Part shown: piece after piece, positions 16,017 through 23,434 of the stretch
Numbering within the stretch: position 1 is the stretch's first letter
Layout: the number at the start of each line of letters is the position of its first letter
Position numbers and translations under genes: made by a program
The notes under the pieces: model-generated
The model's input: only the letters and a program-made list of their open reading frames with translations
Databases searched by the model: none
What the model was told of the DNA's origin: nothing
IMG/VR virus record: IMGVR_UViG_3300023371_004674
Source of the DNA: an uncultured virus (IMG/VR IMGVR_UViG_3300023371_004674)
Lineage: Duplodnaviria > Heunggongvirae > Uroviricota > Caudoviricetes
Strand: one strand, 5' to 3'
DNA length: 26,450 nucleotides

Positions 16017-16925
16017 TCAATCGTCGTCTTCGAACAGTGACTGCATTGCATCGTAATTGTCTGCGGCGATTTTTCGCCTCCAGCTCGGTCCTGTGAACTG
16101 CATTGGGTAGCACATCTCGAATATTCTATCGTACACACGAGAATACTTGGGATCTGTTTCGTCCTGCATTTCGTTCAAGGTCCTGTTAGTTGTGATAATC
16201 ATAGGCAGTTTCTTTCGGTATCGGTCATCAATAGCGTTGTAAACTATCTCTGCCGCAAAATCCGTTTTTCTTTCTGCGCCGAGATCATCAAAGATAACGA
16301 GCTTTGCATACGACAAGGACTCCAAAAAGTCATACTCGTTTATCTTTCGCAACTGCATATCCTCTACGATCTTTACGAATGACGTCATCACAACAGGTAT
16401 CTGTTGCGAAAGAAGATAATTTGCTATTGCGGCGGCGGCGTAGCTCTTGCCGGTCCCGACATTCCCCCATAGCAGAAGCCCTTGGTTCTTCTCAAACATT
16501 TCTTCGAAACGCTTGGCGTAATTTCTGCACCATTTCAGGTTTCTTTGGTTATGCTGGGTTAATTGCAAGGTATCAAATGATACCGCCGTGAACTTCGCAT
16601 CCATAAGGCTCTGCTTTCTCAACCGCTGGATCCGTCGCATATCGGCATCGGCTTTCTTTTTCCGTTCCTCTTCTGCAACTCTATCTCGGTCGCATTTGCA
16701 TTGCCTTGTAGTTAAAACTGGTACGGGTTCGGCATTTTCAATATCCTTTCGGACAAATTGGTAGTGTTCTTGACGAGGCTCTTTGCAGATGCCGCAATGC
16801 AGGAAGCCATCGCTCCCTATGTAGTCATCAGGTCTTTTTTCCTGATTCTTTATTGCTATATCTGCGAAAGACTTGAACAGCTCAAGTCCTCCTCCGCCTC
16901 CGAAAGCGGATTGCATCTCGCCCAT
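16017..16925 (-). CDS. DnaC/IstB-like AAA+ helicase loader
   Basis: Zn motif CGIC...CKC, Walker A GNVGTGKS, Walker B IFDDLG, IITTN, DRIFEMC; directly follows rep. Confidence 0.9.
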   Translation of the reverse strand: MGEMQSAFGGGGGLELFKSFADIAIKNQEKRPDDYIGSDGFLHCGICKEPRQEHYQFVRKDIENAEPVPVLTTRQCKCDRDRVAEEERKKKADADMRRIQRLRKQSLMDAKFTAVSFDTLQLTQHNQRNLKWCRNYAKRFEEMFEKNQGLLLWGNVGTGKSYAAAAIANYLLSQQIPVVMTSFVKIVEDMQLRKINEYDFLESLSYAKLVIFDDLGAERKTDFAAEIVYNAIDDRYRKKLPMIITTNRTLNEMQDETDPKYSRVYDRIFEMCYPMQFTGPSWRRKIAADNYDAMQSLFEDDD

Positions 16926-16926
16926 A

Positions 16927-17745
16927 TCATCCTCCACTCCTATCTCGGAAAGGATTTCCGCTCTGCACCTCTTCGTCGGTCGAGACAGGTTCGACCTTCT
17001 TCGGTAGGTAATCAAGGAACGGTCTTGTGTCGCTCAAAAAGGTGGCAGCGTGTTTGATGTACCTTTGCTCCGTCCCCTCTCTCTTACACTGCAAAGCGTA
17101 GTTCTTTGCGGCTGTAAGCAGTTCTTCGGGAGAAAAGCCCTCTTTTACACGAGTCTGGTATTTCTTAAAGGCATTGCCTTTATCCACGTTTCTGGGGTAC
17201 GCCGCCCAAAACTCATCAAAATCCGTCGTGTACTTCGATTCCTTTTTCTTTTCCGCAGGCGGAGCCTCCGGTGTTTCTGCTCCTGTCGGGACTGTCTGCG
17301 GAATGTCCGCAGGACTGTCTTCGGAATCGTCTGCGGAATTTCTGCTTTCGGTGTCTTCGTCGGTGTTTGATGCTTTTCTTCTGCGGTATTCTTGCTTACG
17401 CTTGTTATCGTTTTCTCGGCGAGCTTTCGCTTTATAAAACGGCTCTTGCCAAGTGTCCCAATCGTGCAAGAACAAACCCTCATCGGTCTCGTCTATCCAT
17501 CCAGACTCTATCAGCCCTTCAACGATCTTGTCGGCGGAAGCCTTGCATTTAAGGGTAGCAAGGCATTCCTCGACATCTTCCTTGTCGGCACTGATGATGC
17601 GTCCATCGGGTTCTGCGTTATCCAAGCCCCACTGCCACAACGTAACGAGAATGCCTATCGCCTCCGCCTTGTTGCCGTGGATATACTTGTATAAGCGTCG
17701 GAGCTTCGGTCCGTCTATGCTCTTATATACAGCAACCCAAATCAT
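16927..17745 (-). CDS. Phage replication initiator protein
   Basis: Winged-helix-like N-terminus (GILVTLWQW...LHDWDTWQ), RKQEYRRRK, low-complexity linker, FDEFWAAYPRNVDK...YIKHAATFL C-terminal domain. Confidence 0.85.
   Translation of the reverse strand: MIWVAVYKSIDGPKLRRLYKYIHGNKAEAIGILVTLWQWGLDNAEPDGRIISADKEDVEECLATLKCKASADKIVEGLIESGWIDETDEGLFLHDWDTWQEPFYKAKARRENDNKRKQEYRRRKASNTDEDTESRNSADDSEDSPADIPQTVPTGAETPEAPPAEKKKESKYTTDFDEFWAAYPRNVDKGNAFKKYQTRVKEGFSPEELLTAAKNYALQCKREGTEQRYIKHAATFLSDTRPFLDYLPKKVEPVSTDEEVQSGNPFRDRSGG
17289..17345. repeat. Five 11-12 bp iteron-like repeats within rep
   Basis: GGACTGTCTGC, GGAATGTCCGC, GGACTGTCTTC, GGAATCGTCTGC, GGAATTTCTGC. Confidence 0.7.
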
Positions 17746-17789
17746 ACTTTCACCTGCCTGTTCCTTTGGATCGGTCATTCAACCGAATC

Positions 17790-18680
17790 TTATTCGGCAG
17801 TTTCGTCATAGCCTTCGCCTGAGAGCGACTGCTCCTTTTCCTCTGCCATAATTTTCATACGCTCCATAATCGCATCGAACACGGTTACGAGCATACCCTC
17901 CGTAGAGGAAAGTCCTTCCTGACTCAACAGATCTTTGATAATGCTGTTCGCATCATCTCCGAAATACTGCTTTGCCGCACGGAACAACTCCTGTCTTTGT
18001 GCGTTCGTGACTACGGGTGTCTGCTTGGCTGCTACAACCTCGCCCGTCTCCTCGACCACGACATAATCTGCGGGAATAGCACCCGATGCCTGCATCTCAT
18101 CTACGGTGTAGATGCCCTCATATTCATTCGGGAATGCCGCACGGAATGCCTGAGACTTTGCTACTTTCTGAATCATTGTTGCAGGCTTTGACTTCCAGTT
18201 GCTCTGTCCCGAACTGTACTCTTCGAGGGAAACCTCAACAAAAGTCTCTTCCACGTTTCCGGGAGAGCGTTCTCTGCGTACTCTGCACCATCCTCCGATC
18301 AACTCTTCGCCAAGTGCTTTGTAAATGCAAGATCCTTCCTTCTGAACTACGGACATCTCTCCGTTCTGGGACTTTCTCAGGACCGTGATACCCGACTTAT
18401 ATCCTCTGTATTCAGGGAAATGGTCGGCTCTGCGGATATAAGCGTGGCATCCTACCACAAACTGTGCGGGTGCTCTGTCATCGTACTTAATCAGGTAAAC
18501 CTCGCCGTTTTCCAACGGATCGAGCTGCTTTGCCTGACAAGTGCGGAGGAACATCGCAACCTCTTGGTCGGTAACTTTTCCGTTACCTCTCGTCAAGGTG
18601 TTCTTGACGGTATCAGCGTCGAGCTTTACCATAAGCCCCGAAAGGCTCTTAAACTCTACTGCCATCAATTCGTTTGACAT
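17790..18680 (-). CDS. bet: Phage recombination protein Bet/RecT (single-strand annealing)
   Basis: TDQEVAMFLRTCQAKQLDPL..EVYLIKY, LIGGWCRV, WKSKPATMIQKVAKSQAFRAAFP...GIYTVDEM. Confidence 0.9.
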   Translation of the reverse strand: MSNELMAVEFKSLSGLMVKLDADTVKNTLTRGNGKVTDQEVAMFLRTCQAKQLDPLENGEVYLIKYDDRAPAQFVVGCHAYIRRADHFPEYRGYKSGITVLRKSQNGEMSVVQKEGSCIYKALGEELIGGWCRVRRERSPGNVEETFVEVSLEEYSSGQSNWKSKPATMIQKVAKSQAFRAAFPNEYEGIYTVDEMQASGAIPADYVVVEETGEVVAAKQTPVVTNAQRQELFRAAKQYFGDDANSIIKDLLSQEGLSSTEGMLVTVFDAIMERMKIMAEEKEQSLSGEGYDETAE

Positions 18681-18702
18681 TTCTTTGCCTCCTGTGATTT
18701 AT

Positions 18703-19410
18703 TTAAGAACGGACACTGATCGTGACCGTTTCTTCGTACTTGATACCGGGGATTTCGATTTTGCCCTTCGTTGCCTTAATGAGAGCCATAACAGCACTCT
18801 CATCGACAGGGCGGATAACTGCTCCTGCAATGCTTACAGGAACCTGTGCAGGATCTACGGATACGATCTTCCACGCCTTCGAGGTCGATACACCGTTTGC
18901 CTTCGGCTTCTGTGAGGGAATCGAGCCCGCTTCTGCGATGCCCTGCATAACCTCTGCTTCCGCCATTGCGAACTCAACGCCCATTGCGTCTCCGTTCTGT
19001 TCTGCGGTGGCAGCCTCATCGAGCTTGCGGTCGATCTCTGCCTGAGCGAGCTTACGCATCGCCTCCTCCTGTTCCTGTCTCTTTCTCTCCTGTTCGAGAA
19101 CAAAATCACCCATCTTGCCTTTGAGAATCTTCTCTGCGGCTTCAAGGGGATCGAGCATCGCCTTCTTTTTGGCGAGTACGTCATCGTAGGTTCTCTTGGC
19201 TGCCACACGGAGCGGATCCCAATAATCCTTGACCTGCTTTTGCATCGCCTTAATGGTCTTAATGAGGTCTCCCGCTACCGAATAGTCAGCCTCGGTCGCT
19301 ACAACAACTGCGGATGCCTGACTTTCCATCAGGCTAACTTCTTTGCCGAGCTGTTCGTTCTCGGCTGTGTCAAGGACAAGGGCTTCGCTTTTCGCTACTG
19401 CTTCGTTCAT
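18703..19410 (-). CDS. Coiled-coil protein with Gp157/Gam-like C-terminus
   Basis: Long helical region then WKIVSVDPAQVP...VDESAV...IEIPGIKY; lies between the exonuclease and Bet. Confidence 0.65.
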   Translation of the reverse strand: MNEAVAKSEALVLDTAENEQLGKEVSLMESQASAVVVATEADYSVAGDLIKTIKAMQKQVKDYWDPLRVAAKRTYDDVLAKKKAMLDPLEAAEKILKGKMGDFVLEQERKRQEQEEAMRKLAQAEIDRKLDEAATAEQNGDAMGVEFAMAEAEVMQGIAEAGSIPSQKPKANGVSTSKAWKIVSVDPAQVPVSIAGAVIRPVDESAVMALIKATKGKIEIPGIKYEETVTISVRS

Positions 19411-19437
19411 ACTGACACTCCTTTCAAAAAATATTTA

Positions 19438-20061
19438 TTAGTGGCGACTTATCCAGTCGTACACACACTTTAATGAGCCGAAGACTCTCCAAGCCTCTGC
19501 GTCTTTTGCAGGGTAGCCTTCGTATCTCTTCTTTCCTCGACCTTCTGGGGTGAGGTGCAGAATTTCTTTCTGCTCTATATAGATCCCGTGGCTCGCAAGA
19601 ATTTGAGCATATGCTTCAAGCTGAACACGGCAGGTCATTTCGCTTATCGTGTAGGTGGTCTTTACATCGGTCAACGTCAACTTATCTCCGATATAGGAGA
19701 GAATGTCGAGCGTTCCTCCGTACATCATCAGCTTGTGGTAACATTGGAACTCCGAGGAAACAAACACCGGTTTCTTCTCATCAAGCCAATCGAGGAAACC
19801 ATCGAAGTATCCACGATGTTCGGGAGGCACGTCGTCAATGCCGAACTTGATGTAATTCTCAATCGCATTGTGGACGGACGTTCCTTTGTTTGCCGCTCTG
19901 TCGAGCGTGGCTTCGCTGATGCCTTTGTACTTTGCCATCGAGAGCGGTTCCATAACAGCGGAAACGCTCGGTATGATGACTCCGTTCAAACGGTAGATAT
20001 GGTCTTCATCGGTGAACGACAGTTCCGAAAGGTTCGGGAGCTTAATCATCGTAGGGATCAT
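19438..20061 (-). CDS. PD-(D/E)xK exonuclease (Cas4/RecB-like), probable partner of Bet
   Basis: HIYRLNG..IPSVS, GTSVH, SE, YGGTLD, LTDVKT, QLEAY. Confidence 0.85.
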   Translation of the reverse strand: MIPTMIKLPNLSELSFTDEDHIYRLNGVIIPSVSAVMEPLSMAKYKGISEATLDRAANKGTSVHNAIENYIKFGIDDVPPEHRGYFDGFLDWLDEKKPVFVSSEFQCYHKLMMYGGTLDILSYIGDKLTLTDVKTTYTISEMTCRVQLEAYAQILASHGIYIEQKEILHLTPEGRGKKRYEGYPAKDAEAWRVFGSLKCVYDWISRH

Positions 20062-20290
20062 AGTCGGGAACCTCCTCTTCGGCTGTCTTTAATTCCGCAC
20101 CAATCTCTATGAGCAGGTTGACCGCACAATCAGCAAAGCACTCTTCGTGATACTTCTTGCCGTCGTACTCGAAATACTCCTCACCTACCTGAATATCCTC
20201 GCCGCAGAATTTGCATCTGCCAATCGAGGGAGGTTCAGGAGCGTTGGGACATCTACTTAAACAAGGGCTGCTGTGGCAAATCTCGCACAT
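20042..20290 (-). CDS. Small zinc-binding phage protein
   Basis: CEICHSSPCLSRCPNA...CKFC...HEEC. Confidence 0.75.
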   Translation of the reverse strand: MCEICHSSPCLSRCPNAPEPPSIGRCKFCGEDIQVGEEYFEYDGKKYHEECFADCAVNLLIEIGAELKTAEEEVPDYDPYDD

Positions 20291-20511
20291 CTGTTCATCG
20301 CCCCCATTCTGTTGATTTCTCTACGCATCAGGTAGTCTGACAGCTCGTTCTCGAACAAGATCGGGATATAATCCTCACCCTTGCCGTTCACCTCGCATTT
20401 TCTGCGAGTGTAAAGCAGAATGTCTGTCATCTCGTCAAACGAGAACTCGTAGCCTGTTTCTTCCTGAACTTTCTTGACTATGCCAAGCAAGCGTTCAACC
20501 TTTTCATCCAT
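20257..20511 (-). CDS. Hypothetical protein
   Basis: Start re-called at MDEKVERL (AAGGAG RBS). Confidence 0.7.
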   Translation of the reverse strand: MDEKVERLLGIVKKVQEETGYEFSFDEMTDILLYTRRKCEVNGKGEDYIPILFENELSDYLMRREINRMGAMNRCARFATAALV

Positions 20512-20525
20512 ATCTCTTACTCCTT

Positions 20526-20684
20526 TCAGGATGCTTTGACTTTCTTCTCTTTTGCTTTCAAGCAAAATACCGAGATGTCTATAAACCCTATCTCTGCAAT
20601 CGCTCTGTCAAGATCCTTTTCGGAGGTAAATCCGTATTCATTTTTCAAAATTTCGATGATGTTCTTACCGTTTCGCTTTTCCAT
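20526..20684 (-). CDS. 52-aa hypothetical protein (not in the ORF track)
   Basis: MEKRNGKNIIEILKNEYGFTSEKDLDRAIAEIGFIDISVFCLKAKEKKVKAS; GGAGGT RBS; fills the operon gap. Confidence 0.7.
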   Translation of the reverse strand: MEKRNGKNIIEILKNEYGFTSEKDLDRAIAEIGFIDISVFCLKAKEKKVKAS

Positions 20685-21177
20685 CATTACCTCCGCAGAT
20701 TGCATCGTGCAGGATTTTCAACTCGCTCACAGCCTTGGAGAGCTCCTCGAAGAACGAGAGAACCTCTTTCAGCAATACTTGATCGTTTTCGCAAACCTCT
20801 CCGTCGCCCGCGATCTCCAACATCTTTGCTTTGATGTCTTCGATGTGGTCTGCGTTCAGGTTCTTCAACAACTTTACTGTGATACGGTCAATGTCAGCTA
20901 CCTCATCCGAGATGAAGTGCCTGCATCCTATCGGACATTCATTCAGGCAATAATAATTCAGCAAATGAGGCGAGCGATAAAGGTCAGCCATAAGAACCGC
21001 CTTGTCAACGGGCATACATTTCGTGAGGTTCAGCTCCGCATCAGCCACAGAAGAAACCGACATTCCGAGCAGTTCCGCCGCTCCCTCTCGGCTTCGTAGC
21101 CTGTCATCGTATTCGGCAGCCTTTTTCCTCGCTTCGAACCAAGGATTTCCTGCCGCTTTCGTAGCATCACGTCCCAT
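20665..21177 (-). CDS. XRE-like HTH regulator, CII-like by position
   Basis: SREGAAELLGMSVSSVADAE HTH; YCLNECPIG; second gene of the lytic operon; start at ATG 21177 behind GGAGG. Confidence 0.75.
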   Translation of the reverse strand: MGRDATKAAGNPWFEARKKAAEYDDRLRSREGAAELLGMSVSSVADAELNLTKCMPVDKAVLMADLYRSPHLLNYYCLNECPIGCRHFISDEVADIDRITVKLLKNLNADHIEDIKAKMLEIAGDGEVCENDQVLLKEVLSFFEELSKAVSELKILHDAICGGNDGKAKR

Positions 21178-21266
21178 TTTCATTCGCCTCCTTTTGCTGT
21201 ATAATAATACCAGAAGGTCGGATAGGTCGCACCAATCGGCAACTTCGGGACAAAAAATATTTTCCG

Positions 21267-21503
21267 TCATTTCATCTCCGTATTGCCAATCGGTAACTGT
21301 CCGTCAAACAAAAAGTCGTTAATCTCCGACAACGACCAATCAAATATCTTTGCGACCTTGAACTTCTCAGCATCGGCGAACTGCGTCTTACCCTGTTCCT
21401 TGTTGGAGTACGACGCAGGGGATATTCCCAACTGTTCTGCCATATACTGCTGAGTTAATCCAAGCCTTGCACGGGCTCCTCTGATTTCGCAGGTTTTAAC
21501 CAT
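21267..21503 (-). CDS. Cro-like HTH protein
   Basis: IRGARARLGLTQQYMAEQLGISPASYSNKEQG; divergent from cI. Confidence 0.9.
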   Translation of the reverse strand: MVKTCEIRGARARLGLTQQYMAEQLGISPASYSNKEQGKTQFADAEKFKVAKIFDWSLSEINDFLFDGQLPIGNTEMK

Positions 21504-21557
21504 TCAGTTCACCTTCTTTCTATCATATTTGTCGGGTTTGAGTTTACCGACATCGTT

Positions 21558-21586
21558 ATTATAGCATACCAATCGGTAATTGTCAA
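21558..21586 (-). promoter_or_regulatory. Lytic (cro) promoter with an operator in the spacer
   Basis: Perfect TTGACA-17 bp-TATAAT with extended TG; near-palindrome ATACCAATCGGTAA at 21566-21579. Confidence 0.88.
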
Positions 21587-21615
21587 TAGTTTTTCTGAAT
21601 TTTTTTTAGAAAATG

Positions 21616-21679
21616 TAGATTTTTTTCAAACTTTATGATATAATAACAAAAATGGTAATATAAATTTACATCTCGGTAA
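21616..21679 (+). promoter_or_regulatory. Repressor (cI) promoter and downstream operator-like site
   Basis: Extended -10 TGaTATAAT at 21636-21644, weak -35 TAGATT, TTACATCTCGGTAA at 21666-21679. Confidence 0.65.
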
Positions 21680-21692
21680 AGGAGAAAAATAT

Positions 21693-22025
21693 ATGGACTA
21701 CTCATTTTTCAGGGAAAATCTCAAAAATCTTCTCAGCGTGAGAGGGTACACCATCAAGGGCTTTGCCGCAGAAATCAATGCGAGTGCAGCTACGATCTCT
21801 CGCTACCTATCGGGCGACAGAACGCCTGACCTCCCCTATGTCGTAAACATTGCGTCATTTTTCAACGTATCCATCGACTGGCTTCTCGGTATCAATGGCG
21901 ACCAATTTGATGTAATGCCGAAAGAGGTTCAAGAGGTTGCAAGCCTATATTCTCTTGCTTCTCCCGATGACCGCCGTGTAATTCAAGCGGTTCTCGGCAA
22001 GTATCGAAAGGGTGGCGACAAATGA
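21693..22025 (+). CDS. CI-like XRE repressor without a peptidase domain
   Basis: TIKGFAAEINASAATISRYLSGDRTPD...IASFFNVSIDWLLG; 110 aa. Confidence 0.9.
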   Translation: MDYSFFRENLKNLLSVRGYTIKGFAAEINASAATISRYLSGDRTPDLPYVVNIASFFNVSIDWLLGINGDQFDVMPKEVQEVASLYSLASPDDRRVIQAVLGKYRKGGDK

Positions 22026-23251
22026 TCTACACCGAAAGAATGTCCCGCTCGGCTATTCACGTAGATCCCAACGGACAAGCATCGGTTATGAAGCGAATTC
22101 CATTTATGACGGGCAGTTTCAACGAGGCTTGGCTTCAGGAAATACTCGCCGACAATCCTTTTATCATTCCTTCCTACGAGGTAGGCTCCGAATATGCGCC
22201 TCTCGTCTGTATCGGAAGAGAGGTTCCGGTCGGCAGCGGCGAAACAAAGGGATATATCGACAATCTCTACATCACACCTTCAGGTCAAATCGTCATAGTC
22301 GAAACAAAACTGTTCAGGAATCAGGAATCGAGGCGTACCGTCGTTGCTCAAATCATCGACTATGCCAAGGAACTGCAAAAGTGGGACTGCGAGATGCTAA
22401 ACAAGGTCGCAGAGGAATACACGTTCAAATCCGAAGGTCAGTCGAAACGCATCATAGACATTATGGCTTCGAAGGGGTGCTTGACTTTCGCTGATGAAGC
22501 GAGGCTCACCGACAGAATAAACGATTCTCTCAAAAGAGCATCGTTCTTACTGATGATAATTGGCGACGGTATCCGTTCCAGCGTTCAGCAGTTGGCTGAC
22601 TTCCTGAACGAAAATACCTCTATGGCTTTCAATCTCGCTCTTGCCGAGATGGAGATATACCAGACCGAGAACGGCGTAATCGTCATCCCCAACCTTTTGG
22701 CAAAGACATCTGTAATCGAGCGTAACATCGTGAGCATTCACGGATCCTACGTCGATGAGGAAACGGAGTCGGAATCGGTTTCTCCGAGCAAATACATTCG
22801 TAAGCCTATGCTCACAAGACGTGAGTTCATATCCAAGTTCTGCGAGAACGGTGGCTACGATGCAGATGAGGTTGGCGAATTCATAGCAGATCTCGATGCA
22901 ATAGGCGGTATCAACATTTCTCTTTCTCCCACCGAGCTTGCGGTCAAATTCGTTCTTGGAGAGGGAAAGACCTGCTCACTCGTAATCTTCGGCATAGCGA
23001 GCGACCAAGCGGACATTTGGCTCGTTCCCGGAAGAATCAAGGCTTCGCTCGAAAAGAACGGCGTATTCCCGTTTGATGCCGACGATTTCCTCGATTTCTA
23101 CAAAGAGGTGGTGGACGACAGCAGATGCAAGACTCCTCCGTATGATAATGTCGCAGGATTCTACTACGCCGACGTAAACGAGGTTCTACACCGCAAGCAA
23201 GATTTCATACGAGCTGTTGAGCAGTTCATAACCGCAATACAGAAAAACTGA
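22022..23251 (+). CDS. NucS/DUF91-like PD-(D/E)xK nuclease with an unknown C-terminal domain
   Basis: EAWLQ...IGREV...GYIDNL...IVIVETKL...RRTVVAQIIDYA (D..ExK plus QxxxY); ATGA overlap with cI. Confidence 0.75.
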   Translation: MIYTERMSRSAIHVDPNGQASVMKRIPFMTGSFNEAWLQEILADNPFIIPSYEVGSEYAPLVCIGREVPVGSGETKGYIDNLYITPSGQIVIVETKLFRNQESRRTVVAQIIDYAKELQKWDCEMLNKVAEEYTFKSEGQSKRIIDIMASKGCLTFADEARLTDRINDSLKRASFLLMIIGDGIRSSVQQLADFLNENTSMAFNLALAEMEIYQTENGVIVIPNLLAKTSVIERNIVSIHGSYVDEETESESVSPSKYIRKPMLTRREFISKFCENGGYDADEVGEFIADLDAIGGINISLSPTELAVKFVLGEGKTCSLVIFGIASDQADIWLVPGRIKASLEKNGVFPFDADDFLDFYKEVVDDSRCKTPPYDNVAGFYYADVNEVLHRKQDFIRAVEQFITAIQKN

Positions 23252-23260
23252 CAAACAAGA

Positions 23261-23293
23261 ATGGCGGTAGTCGTTCTGAACGGCTATCGCCAT
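23261..23293 (+). terminator. 15-bp hairpin after the nuclease gene
   Basis: ATGGCGGTAGTCGTT-CTG-AACGGCTATCGCCAT; both non-Watson-Crick pairs are G-U on the plus transcript; weak U-tract. Confidence 0.55.
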
Positions 23294-23308
23294 AACTGTC
23301 TTTATTCG

Positions 23309-23356
23309 TGTTACTATTACTGTTAGTGTTACTGTTAGTGTTACTGTTAGTGTTAG
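23309..23356. repeat. Eight tandem hexamers TGTTA(C/G)
   Basis: tgttac tattac tgttag tgttac tgttag tgttac tgttag tgttag. Confidence 0.9.
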
Positions 23357-23434
23357 CGGTGGAAAATCCGCAGACTGTCCCGTGGACTGTCCTATCTTTT
23401 GTCCCATACTACAAATTCAAAGAGGAGGCAAACA

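Noticed and set aside
16017..16925. IS21 IstB helper
   Set aside because: No IstA transposase or terminal repeats; position after rep indicates a helicase loader.
19438..20061. CRISPR-associated Cas4
   Set aside because: No Fe-S cysteine set and no cas context; sits in the Bet recombination module.
23309..23356. Hexamer tract or the 10-bp array at 2761-2830 as a CRISPR array
   Set aside because: Units are far too short, there are no unique spacers, and no cas operon is present.
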